54,987 nucleotides of DNA from Pararhizobium sp. (GTDB lineage: Bacteria > Pseudomonadota > Alphaproteobacteria > Rhizobiales > Rhizobiaceae): contig JAVBSF010000184.1 in NCBI GenBank assembly GCA_031556925.1, forward strand, positions 1 through 54,987, written 5' to 3'. This document shows positions 39,225 through 48,658 of the stretch, in pieces (the stretch's first letter is position 1; each line of letters starts with the position of its first letter). The notes below the pieces were generated by a model. The model saw only the letters and a program-made list of their open reading frames with translations, made no database searches and had not been told where the DNA came from. A program made the translations under genes and the position numbers.

Positions 39225-40133
39225 ATGACCGATACTTCCTTCGAAACTCTCCTGAAGCGCGATGCCGAGGCCATCGAGGCCTGCCTGCGCGGTCTTCTCG
39301 CGCCGGATATCCAGAGCGACGAGATCGCACGACCTGCGACCCTGCTCGATGCCATGCGCCATGGCGCGCTGAACGGCGGCAAGCGGCTGCGGCCTTTCCT
39401 CGTCATGGAGAGTGCGGCCTTTGCCGGCGGCGATCGTGAAGCCGCCCTTCGAGTGGGTGCGGCGCTGGAATGCGTGCATTGCTAGTCGCTGATCCACGAT
39501 GATCTGCCGGCCATGGACGATGACGACCTGCGCCGGGGGCAGCCGACCGTGCATATCGCCTATGGCGAAGCCAATGCCATCCTTGCCGGCGATAGCCTGC
39601 TGACCCTTGCCTTCGATATCATCGCGGCGCCGGAAACAAAGCTGCCGGATGCGGCGAAGACGGCGCTTGTTCTGGCACTCGCCCGCGCTTCCGGCATTGG
39701 CGGCATGGCCGGCGGGCAGGCGCTCGATCTTGCCGCCGAGGTCTCTTCCCCGGATGAGACCGGCATCGTGACGCTGCAGGCGATGAAGACCGGAGCACTG
39801 ATCCGCTTTGCCTGCGAGGCCGGTGCGATCATCGCCGGCAGCAACGCCGAAGAGCGGCAGTTGTTGCGCCGTTACGGCGAAAAGATCGGCCTTGCCTTCC
39901 AGCTCGCCGACGATCTCCTCGATCTGACGGCCGACGCCGAAACGATGGGCAAGGCGACCGGCAAGGACAAGGATCGCGGCAAGGGAACGCTGGTGGCGCT
40001 TCATGGCATGGAATGGGCCGAGCGGACGCTTTCAAGGCTGGTTGCCGAAGCGGGAGAACTCGTGGCACCCTATGGCGAAAAGGCAAATGTCCTGATCGAA
40101 GCGGCAAGCTTCGTCGCCCGGCGCACCCATTGA
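39225..40133 (+). pseudogene. ispA: Geranyltranstransferase / FPP synthase interrupted by an in-frame TAG (real nonsense mutation or sequence error)
   Basis: GGKRLRP...[31 protein letters not shown]...GQALD...MKTG...AFQLADDLLD. The two ORF-track pieces (39189-39485 and 39513-40133) share one frame; the TAG is at 39483-39485. Confidence 0.88.
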
Positions 40134-40178
40134 GACGTCGGGTTCAGGGACCGATAGCCGCAGACGGGAGGCCGCCGC

Positions 40179-40817
40179 ATGCATGATATCCACGCCTATC
40201 TGCCAAGCATCCTGACGGCCTATGTTGCCTATGTGATCGCGGTCCTGAGCCCCGGTCCCGCCGTCTTCGCGATCATAGGCATTTCGATGACGCAGGGCCG
40301 CAAGGCCGGCATTCTGATGGCGCTCGGGATTTACGGCGGCTCGGCAACCTGGGCTGCCGCCGCGACGCTGGGGCTGGCCGCGCTTCTTCACACCTATGCC
40401 GTTGCGCTGGAAATCATGCGGGTTCTCGGCGGGATTTATCTGCTTTACCTTGCCTACAAGGCCTTTCGCGCGGCAGCGCGGGCCGATGTTCCGGCAGCGT
40501 CCCTGCGCCGCGAAACCTATTCGGCGAAAGCGCTGCTGATGCGGGGTTACCTGCTGCATGTCACCAATCCCAAGGCGATCTTCGCCTGGCTGGCGATCAT
40601 CACGCTTGGCATGCCGGCTGGCGCGCCGGCATCCGTGGCCGTCTTTATCGTCGGCGGATGCCTGATACTCGGCATCACCTGCTTCATCGGCTATGCGATA
40701 CTCTTCTCGACAAACCGGGCAGTGACGATCTACGCCTCAATGCGTCGTTGGATCGAAGGCACGATGTCGGCCTTCTATTGTGTTGCAGGCTTTAAGCTGC
40801 TGACAAGCAAGATCTGA
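40179..40817 (+). CDS. LysE/RhtB-family translocator
   Basis: SPGPA, GGIYLLYLAY, NPKAI; 212 aa, hydrophobic. Confidence 0.92.
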   Translation: MHDIHAYLPSILTAYVAYVIAVLSPGPAVFAIIGISMTQGRKAGILMALGIYGGSATWAAAATLGLAALLHTYAVALEIMRVLGGIYLLYLAYKAFRAAARADVPAASLRRETYSAKALLMRGYLLHVTNPKAIFAWLAIITLGMPAGAPASVAVFIVGGCLILGITCFIGYAILFSTNRAVTIYASMRRWIEGTMSAFYCVAGFKLLTSKI

Positions 40818-40830
40818 GGCGAGCGGCCGC

Positions 40831-42084
<1,254 letters not shown>

Positions 42085-42214
42085 GAACGCCTCTTGGAGT
42101 GGTGCGGCAACTGACTTTCAGGTGGATGACGAAAGCCGGGATGTCAACGGCAAGATCATTTCTTGACGGCGAATTGATGACTGAAAGCGTCTGCGGGCCG
42201 ACTCGCGCGGGGTT

Positions 42215-42239
42215 ACCGGGCCGCAGGACGCGGCCCGGT
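42215..42239 (-). terminator. Hairpin downstream of the MFS gene
   Basis: Perfect 10-bp stem accgggccgc-aggac-gcggcccggt; no U-tract. Confidence 0.4.
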
Positions 42240-42246
42240 GCCGGGA

Positions 42247-43434
42247 TCAGTGTCCGCCGTTGCGATCGGCATGGACGGCATGATGCGAGAGCAGCAGCAC
42301 CACGATGAACAGGATCGGGACGCTCGTGAAAATGATGGCAAAGCCGGTGTGTTCGGCAATGAAGCCGATCAGCGACGGAGCAAACAGCATGCCGGAATAG
42401 CCCATGAAAGTCGCGACCGAGAGGCCGATGCCCGGTGCCAGACCCGGCATGTTGCCGGCCGCCGAAAAGGCGATCGGCACCATGTTGGAAATGCCGATAC
42501 CGGCCAGCGCGAAGCCGAAGATCGCCACCGGCGCATTCGGGGCCAGACCTGCCAGCACGAGACCGACAAGGGCTATCACCGTGCAGACGCGCAGCGTCTT
42601 GACGCCGCCGAAACGGTCGCGAACATGATCGCCGGCAAAGCGCATGATCGCCATGGTCGCGGAGAAGGCGGCAAAGCCGAAGCCGGAAAGGGCGACCGAC
42701 GCGCCGAGTTCGTTGCGCAGATAAAGCGCGCCCCAATCGAGAACCGTGCCTTCCGGCACCATGGAAAACAGGGCCACGAGACCGATCAGCCAGGGCAGCG
42801 GCGTCAGCGGCAGGCGCAGCTTTTCCTTGGCTGTATCCGGATGCGGCTGGTCGTGCAGGATCATCGGCCAGGCAATGGCCAGCACCGAGAAGCAGACGAT
42901 GGTGACGAAAATCGCATGGGAGAAGACGCCGAAATGCGCCATGAACACGCCGCCGACTGCAGAGCCGAACAGTCCGCCAAGGCTCCAGTAGGCATGGCAG
43001 GAGGACATGATCGCCCGGCGCATGGTCTTTTCGACCTCGACGGCATTGGCGTTCATCGCCACGTCCATCGCGCCGACGAAGCCGCCGAGCAGGAACATCG
43101 CGGGGATGGCGACCCAGACATTGGGAACCAGCGTCAGCAGCAGAAGCAGCGGCGAGAGAATGATCGCCGTGACTTTGACGACCTTCTGCGAGCCGAGTTT
43201 CGCGATGAAGCCGCCGGCCACCGGCATCAGCACCAGCGAGCCGATGCCGAAGGTCAGGATCAGCAGGCCGAGAACGCTTTCGCCGATGCCCAGCCGGTCC
43301 TTGAATTCGGGAATCTTTGGCGCCCAGCTGCCCGTGACGAAGCCATTCATCAGGAAGAGCAGCGAAACTGCCAGCCTGATCTTCGGCATATAGCCCGAGC
43401 GCACGGCGGGGCTGGTTGCGGTGTGTTGATCCAT
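42247..43434 (-). CDS. MFS transporter (YbjJ-like)
   Basis: 395 aa with about 12 hydrophobic segments; MDVAMNANAV, IMSSCHAYWSLGG, EG..LDW, RFAGD. Confidence 0.9.
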   Translation of the reverse strand: MDQHTATSPAVRSGYMPKIRLAVSLLFLMNGFVTGSWAPKIPEFKDRLGIGESVLGLLILTFGIGSLVLMPVAGGFIAKLGSQKVVKVTAIILSPLLLLLTLVPNVWVAIPAMFLLGGFVGAMDVAMNANAVEVEKTMRRAIMSSCHAYWSLGGLFGSAVGGVFMAHFGVFSHAIFVTIVCFSVLAIAWPMILHDQPHPDTAKEKLRLPLTPLPWLIGLVALFSMVPEGTVLDWGALYLRNELGASVALSGFGFAAFSATMAIMRFAGDHVRDRFGGVKTLRVCTVIALVGLVLAGLAPNAPVAIFGFALAGIGISNMVPIAFSAAGNMPGLAPGIGLSVATFMGYSGMLFAPSLIGFIAEHTGFAIIFTSVPILFIVVLLLSHHAVHADRNGGH

Positions 43435-43462
43435 AAGTCTCTCCTCCCGGCGGGAACCGGGT

Positions 43463-43846
43463 TCAGATCATGATTTCGATGATGTTGCCGTCGGGATCCT
43501 TGAGGACCGCCTCGTAATAGCCGTCGCCCGTCATGCGCGGCGGCGAAACCAGAATACCGCGTTGCGCGGCGTCAGCGGCCATGGCGTCCACGGCGTCGCG
43601 GCTGCCGAGGGAAAGCGCCAGATGTGCATATCCGGCCCGCTCTTCCGTTTCTCCCGGCGCGTCGATCCATGGTCCCTGCATGATCTCGATGGTCGGTCCG
43701 TCCGAAAGGGAGAGAAACCGCGAGACGAAGCCAGGCCGGCGGGCGCTTTCATAACGTTCACCGATGTCCGCGCCGAAGGTTTCGGCCCAGAAGCATGCCA
43801 GGCGCTCCACATCCTGCGTCCACAGTGCGACATGTCCGATGCGCAT
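43463..43846 (-). CDS. VOC/glyoxalase-family protein
   Basis: Start MRIGHVALWT (ATG 43846, TGATG overlap with the DeoR stop); GYAHLA and PRMTGDGYYEAVLKDPDGNIIEI. Confidence 0.9.
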   Translation of the reverse strand: MRIGHVALWTQDVERLACFWAETFGADIGERYESARRPGFVSRFLSLSDGPTIEIMQGPWIDAPGETEERAGYAHLALSLGSRDAVDAMAADAAQRGILVSPPRMTGDGYYEAVLKDPDGNIIEIMI

Positions 43847-44616
43847 CAGCTCTTCTCCTTCGTGGTGATGATACGGATGCCCATGTCCTTGAAGGCGGAC
43901 GTCGATGCGCCGCTTTCCACCACAAGCGTCGTGCATTGCTGAGCGGGAATGACCGCATGGGGCGCAGATGTGCCGATCTTGTCCGCCGTGACCGCGACCA
44001 GCACTTCGGCGCTCTGCTGCACGGCGAGGCGCTTGAAGGCCGCATCCTCATATTCAAAGGCAGTGATGCCGGCCCCGGCATCGATGCCGCAGGCGCCGAG
44101 AATGCAGAGATCCGGCCGCAGCGTCGCCATCTCCCGTTGTGCAACGGCGCCGACGGAAGCGCCCACCTGCCGGTCGATCTTTCCGCCGATCATAATGATT
44201 TCGATGGCGGCCTTTTCCATAAGGGCGGCCGCAATGACCGGAGTGTTGGTAACGGCTGTCAGCTTGATCTCGCCGGGCAAAGCCTGTGCAATGGCAAGAT
44301 TGGTGGAGCTCGCATCAAAGAAGATGGTCATTCCCTCGCGGATGACGCCAATAGCGGCGATCGCCAGTGCGTGCTTGCGGTCAGCCGATTCATGGAGACG
44401 GGTTGCAAGCGATGTCCCGCCCGGCGCCAGCGGCAGCGCGCCGCCATAGACACGCTCGCAGAGCCCGGCAGCCGCCATATCCCGGAGGTCGCGGCGGATG
44501 GTGTCTTCCGACACGCCGAATTCCTTCGCGAGATCCGCGGCGAGAACGCGGCCTGACGATTTCAGTCGGTCCTGAATGATCGTCTGTCGCTGCCTGAGAA
44601 GAAGGTCCGTCTGCAT
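43846..44616 (-). CDS. DeoR/GlpR-family transcriptional regulator
   Basis: Start MQTDLL (ATG 44616); HTH LAKEFGVSEDTIRRDL, RVYGGA, FFDASSTN. Confidence 0.93.
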   Translation of the reverse strand: MQTDLLLRQRQTIIQDRLKSSGRVLAADLAKEFGVSEDTIRRDLRDMAAAGLCERVYGGALPLAPGGTSLATRLHESADRKHALAIAAIGVIREGMTIFFDASSTNLAIAQALPGEIKLTAVTNTPVIAAALMEKAAIEIIMIGGKIDRQVGASVGAVAQREMATLRPDLCILGACGIDAGAGITAFEYEDAAFKRLAVQQSAEVLVAVTADKIGTSAPHAVIPAQQCTTLVVESGASTSAFKDMGIRIITTKEKS

Positions 44617-44630
44617 GGCTTTCCAAAACG

Positions 44631-44664
44631 TGCACAAATCGGCATTAATATGCAAAAAAACGCA
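44631..44664. promoter_or_regulatory. Phased GCA repeats, candidate DeoR operator
   Basis: tgcacaaatc ggcattaata tgcaaaaaaa cgca: GCA at 44632, 44642, 44652 and 44662, immediately upstream of the DeoR gene. Confidence 0.5.
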
Positions 44665-44893
44665 TATCAGTTTTCTCCCGCAATTCAATCCGGTTTGCTG
44701 GAAATTCCGGAGAAGTCGCTTGATTTTTTGATCGCGAGGTCAATTTTTCCGTCGGTATCCGCGAAATTTGAGAAAAACTTCGCCGTTTCCCGATGCTTTT
44801 GAAGTTTTGTGCGCATTAAACCCGGCGACAAAATGCGATTGTCCCACCATCCCCGGCAGACGGGCCGGATGACAAGAAGAATGGAAAATCATC

Positions 44894-45670
44894 ATGAAAT
44901 GGACCCACACGCTCCTCGCCGCCGCCGCAGCCGTCCAGCTGGTTTTCGCGGGCGCCGCCCATGCAGGCTCCAATCTGGAAGACATCAAGTCGGCCGGCGT
45001 GCTGAAGATCGGCACTGAAGGCACCTATGCGCCCTTCACCTTCCATGACGCCTCCGGCGCCCTCGTCGGCTTCGACGTCGAGATCGGTGAAGCCGTCGCC
45101 AAGAAGCTTGGCGTCAAGGCCGAGTTCCTGGAAGGCAAGTGGGATGGCCTGATCGCCGGCCTCGATGCCAACCGCTACGATACGGTCATCAATCAGGTCG
45201 GCATCACCGAAGAGCGCAAGCAGAAGTACGACTTCTCCGAACCTTATATCGCTTCCAAGGCCGTTCTGATCGTCAAGTCCGACGACGACAGCATCAAGGG
45301 TTTCGAAGACCTGAAGGGCAAGAAAGCCGCCCAGTCGCTGACCAGCAATTTCGGCAAGCTTGCCACGGCTTCGGGCGCCGAACTCGTCGGCACCGATGGC
45401 TTCGACCAGTCGATCCAGCTGGTGCTGACCGGCCGCGCCGACGCGACCATCAATGACAGCCTCTCCTTCCTCGACTTCAAGAAGCAGAAGCCCGATGCGC
45501 CGGTAAAGATCGCCGCCGAGCAGGCCGATGCCGATCACTCCGGCATCATCATCCGCAAGGGCGAACCGGAACTCCTGGACGCGATCAACAAGGCGCTGGC
45601 CGACATCAAGGCCGACGGCACCTATGACGCCATCTCGCAGAAATATTTCGGCGCAGACGTTTCGAAGTAA
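44894..45670 (+). CDS. Polar amino-acid ABC transporter substrate-binding protein (cystine-binding FliY/TcyA-like)
   Basis: Signal peptide; GTEGTYAPF, GFDVEI, WDGLIAGL, NQVGITEER, AAQSLTSN. Confidence 0.9.
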   Translation: MKWTHTLLAAAAAVQLVFAGAAHAGSNLEDIKSAGVLKIGTEGTYAPFTFHDASGALVGFDVEIGEAVAKKLGVKAEFLEGKWDGLIAGLDANRYDTVINQVGITEERKQKYDFSEPYIASKAVLIVKSDDDSIKGFEDLKGKKAAQSLTSNFGKLATASGAELVGTDGFDQSIQLVLTGRADATINDSLSFLDFKKQKPDAPVKIAAEQADADHSGIIIRKGEPELLDAINKALADIKADGTYDAISQKYFGADVSK

Positions 45671-45725
45671 TCCTTGCCGGCGGTGAGTGCCCGGTTTCAC
45701 CGCCTGTTTTGCTTCGATATAGTGC

Positions 45726-45760
45726 GATCCGCCCGGCCATCCGGGCGGATCATTTTATTT
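45726..45760 (+). terminator. Intra-operon hairpin after the binding-protein gene
   Basis: Perfect 11-bp stem gatccgcccgg-ccat-ccgggcggatc followed by attttattt. Confidence 0.6.
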
Positions 45761-45774
45761 GAAGGAACCGCTCC

Positions 45775-46455
45775 TTGCCCGCCTGGCTTCAACTCATGCT
45801 GGATTCGCTCCAGCCGCTCCTCTGGGCGGGTCTGGTCTTCACCATTCCGCTGACGCTTCTGTCCTTCACCCTTGGTCTCGCACTGGGCTTGGTGACGGCC
45901 GTGGTCCGGCTGTTCGGGCCAAGGCCGCTGGTTGCCGTTGCGCGGTTCTATGTCTGGGTCATCCGCGGCACGCCGCTGCTCGTGCAGCTCTTCGTCATCT
46001 TCTATGGGCTGCCGAGCCTCGGCATCCTGCTCGATGCCTTCCCGGCGGCCCTGATCGGCTTCACGCTCAATATCGGCGCCTATACCTCGGAAATCATCCG
46101 CGCCGTCATCTCCTCGGTGCCAAGAGGACAGTGGGAGGCAGCCTATTCGATCGGCATGAGCTGGAACCAGGCGATGCGGCGCACGATACTGCCGCAGGCG
46201 GCCCGTGTCGCCGTGCCGCCCTTGTCGAACACCTTCATCTCGCTGGTCAAGGATACGTCCCTTGCGGCCGCGATCACCGTCCCTGAACTTTTCCAGACGG
46301 CGCAGCGCATCGTCGCGACGACCTACGAGCCGCTGATCCTCTATATCGAGGCGGCGCTGATCTATCTGGCGCTCAGTTCCGTTCTTTCGGCCTTGCAGGT
46401 ACGACTTGAAAAGCGTTTCGCCCGCTATGGCGGCTTTCTGGAGGCGCGCACATGA
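45775..46455 (+). CDS. Amino-acid ABC transporter permease
   Basis: TTG start; RGTPLLVQL, AYTSEIIR, GQWEAA, LVKDTSL. Confidence 0.93.
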   Translation: MPAWLQLMLDSLQPLLWAGLVFTIPLTLLSFTLGLALGLVTAVVRLFGPRPLVAVARFYVWVIRGTPLLVQLFVIFYGLPSLGILLDAFPAALIGFTLNIGAYTSEIIRAVISSVPRGQWEAAYSIGMSWNQAMRRTILPQAARVAVPPLSNTFISLVKDTSLAAAITVPELFQTAQRIVATTYEPLILYIEAALIYLALSSVLSALQVRLEKRFARYGGFLEART

Positions 46456-47213
46456 TCGAGCTTTCGCACATAGAGAAACGTTTCGGCGACAATATCGTCT
46501 TGAAGGATATCAGCATCACCATCGCCGAAGGCACCGTGACGGCGTTGGTCGGCCCCTCCGGTGGCGGCAAGAGCACGCTTTTACGCTGCATCAACCTCCT
46601 GGAAACGCCGACCTCCGGCACGATCAAGCTCGGCGATAAAACCATCGAGTTTTCGCCGGGCAGGAAGGTCGGCTGGGATGCGATCCAGCGTCTGCGCCGC
46701 CAGACGGGCATGGTGTTCCAGAATTTTCAGCTTTTCCCGCACCAGACGGCGATCGAAAACGTTATGGAAGGTCTGGTGACCGTCCTGAAATGGCCGAAGG
46801 AAAAGGCCCGCGCCCGGGCTGAGGAGCTGCTTCAAAAGGTCGGCATGGCGCATAAGGCCGATGCCTGGCCGGCGACGCTCTCCGGCGGGCAGCAGCAACG
46901 TGTCGCGATCGCCCGGGCGCTCGCGCCTTCGCCGCGTGTGCTGCTCTGCGACGAGCCGACGTCGGCGCTCGATCCGGAACTGGCTGAAGAGGTGGTGGAG
47001 GTTCTGAGCCGGCTTGCCCGCGAAGGCACGACGATGATCATGGCGACCCACGATTTGCGGCTCGCCTCGCGGGTGGCCGATCAGGTGCTGTTTCTCGATG
47101 GCGGTCTGATCGTCGAGAGCGGTGCGCCGAAATCGATCTTCCAGACGCCGGAGCGGGAGAGGACGAAGAAGTTTATCGCTTCGCTCAGCGCGGGACATAG
47201 CTACGATATCTGA
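46452..47213 (+). CDS. Amino-acid ABC transporter ATPase
   Basis: [33 protein letters not shown]. Confidence 0.95.
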   Translation: MIELSHIEKRFGDNIVLKDISITIAEGTVTALVGPSGGGKSTLLRCINLLETPTSGTIKLGDKTIEFSPGRKVGWDAIQRLRRQTGMVFQNFQLFPHQTAIENVMEGLVTVLKWPKEKARARAEELLQKVGMAHKADAWPATLSGGQQQRVAIARALAPSPRVLLCDEPTSALDPELAEEVVEVLSRLAREGTTMIMATHDLRLASRVADQVLFLDGGLIVESGAPKSIFQTPERERTKKFIASLSAGHSYDI

Positions 47214-47238
47214 CGCGGAAGGCGGGCGCGAAAAACGA

Positions 47239-47832
47239 TCAGATCGCGCTCTGCCACGCTTTCACGGATTCCAGCGGATAAACCAGCATCAGCACGTTGA
47301 GCGTCAGGTTGTCGCGGATCAGCCAGCCGGTGAAAAGCTCGAAGACGATGGCGACCGCGAGCGTCACCAGCACCGGTATGCGCCAGGCAAAGAAGAAGCC
47401 TGCGGCCATGAAGATCGTATCCATCGCCGAATTCAGGATGCTGTCGCCGTAATAGTCGAGCGAAATGGTCGCCGTCCGGTAGCGGTCGATGATAACAGGT
47501 GAATTTTCGAGGATTTCCCAGCCGCTTTCGATGAGGACGGCAAAAAGCAGACGCGCCGCCAGCGGCTTGCCGCGAAACAAGAGATGCGCAATGCCGTAGA
47601 AGATGAAGCCGTGGATGATGTGGGACGGCGTATACCAGTCGGCCAGATGCTGCGAATTACCGGAGCCATTGGCCACGGGCTCGAAAAGCTTCACATAACC
47701 GCAGGTGCAGATCGGCGTGCGGCCCATCCAGTACTGGATCACGGCTTGCAGGATCAGAACGACGAGGCAGGCGATGAGCCAGAGCAGCGTATGCCGCGTC
47801 GCCTTGTCATGGTCCGATGCAGTCGCACTCAA
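47239..47832 (-). CDS. DUF2585 (UPF0314) membrane protein
   Basis: TTG start overlapping the ispZ stop (TTGA); [45 protein letters not shown]. Confidence 0.85.
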   Translation of the reverse strand: MSATASDHDKATRHTLLWLIACLVVLILQAVIQYWMGRTPICTCGYVKLFEPVANGSGNSQHLADWYTPSHIIHGFIFYGIAHLLFRGKPLAARLLFAVLIESGWEILENSPVIIDRYRTATISLDYYGDSILNSAMDTIFMAAGFFFAWRIPVLVTLAVAIVFELFTGWLIRDNLTLNVLMLVYPLESVKAWQSAI

Positions 47833-48461
47833 GCGTCGGCTTCCTGATCGAGCGAGTGTTTCATGATCAGCGGCATCTGCGACAGGGTGAAGAGAACCGT
47901 GATCGGCATGGTGCCCCAGACCTTGAAGGCAACCCAGAAGTCCGTCGAGAAATTGCGCCACACGACTTCATTGAGGACCGCAAGGAAAACGAAGAAAACG
48001 CCCCAGCGAATGGTGAGCTTACGCCAGCCCGCATCGTCGAGCTTGAAGGCCGAGTGGAAGACGTAACCGAGCAGAGACTTTCCAAACAGTAGTCCGCCCA
48101 GCAGGATGGCGCCGAACAGCGAGTTGACGATAGTCGGCTTCATCTTGATGAACGTGTCGTTCTGCAGATAGAGGGTTAGCGCGCCGAAGATGAAGACGAC
48201 GACGCCCGAAATCAGCGGCATCATCGGCAAGGTGCGCGTCAGGATCCATGATACGGTAAGGGCGATCGCCGTTGCGGCCATGAACAGCCCGGTGGCGATG
48301 AAGATCGGGCCGCCAAGTTCCGTCAGTGCCGGGAAATGCTGGCCGAGCCATTCACCCCTGGAATTGGCGAAGAAGAACACCACCAGCGGACCGAGTTCGA
48401 GCACCATCTTGAGCAGCGGGCTGATTTCCTTGCGCGGCTTTGCAGCCTCGATCGATGACAT
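47829..48461 (-). CDS. ispZ: Intracellular septation protein A (IspZ/YciB)
   Basis: [37 protein letters not shown]; start ATG 48461. Confidence 0.92.
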   Translation of the reverse strand: MSSIEAAKPRKEISPLLKMVLELGPLVVFFFANSRGEWLGQHFPALTELGGPIFIATGLFMAATAIALTVSWILTRTLPMMPLISGVVVFIFGALTLYLQNDTFIKMKPTIVNSLFGAILLGGLLFGKSLLGYVFHSAFKLDDAGWRKLTIRWGVFFVFLAVLNEVVWRNFSTDFWVAFKVWGTMPITVLFTLSQMPLIMKHSLDQEADA

Positions 48462-48523
48462 TGCAGTTTCCTTGGCAGACTTTCGGTGAGACCGCGATGA
48501 TGGCGCGATCGGTTTTACCGGCA

Positions 48524-48628
48524 CTAGAGCGTTTCCGTTTTTCTTCGAATCGCGAAAACACTCTAGCGATTTGCTTTACGCATTTCCTGACGGAAAACCG
48601 CTTCGCACCTTTCCTGGAAATGCTCTAA
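48524..48628. repeat. About 105-bp palindromic interspersed element (BRU-RS / rhizobial MITE-like)
   Basis: Ends ctagagc...gctctaa, internal ctag, and two modules (ctagagcgtttcc...gaaaacactctag and gcatttcctgacggaaaaccgcttcgcacctttcctggaaatgc). Resembles the TAGAGCATTTCC repeat of Rhizobiales. Confidence 0.75.
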
Positions 48629-48658
48629 CATCAGCAAAACGGCAAAACTATATCCGGG

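Noticed and set aside
39513-40133. Separate 206-aa prenyltransferase gene
   Set aside because: It begins inside the first Asp-rich motif and is the in-frame continuation of ispA after the TAG.
48440-48628. 62-aa plus-strand ORF
   Set aside because: It reads through the palindromic repeat element and overlaps the ispZ start; a typical spurious call.
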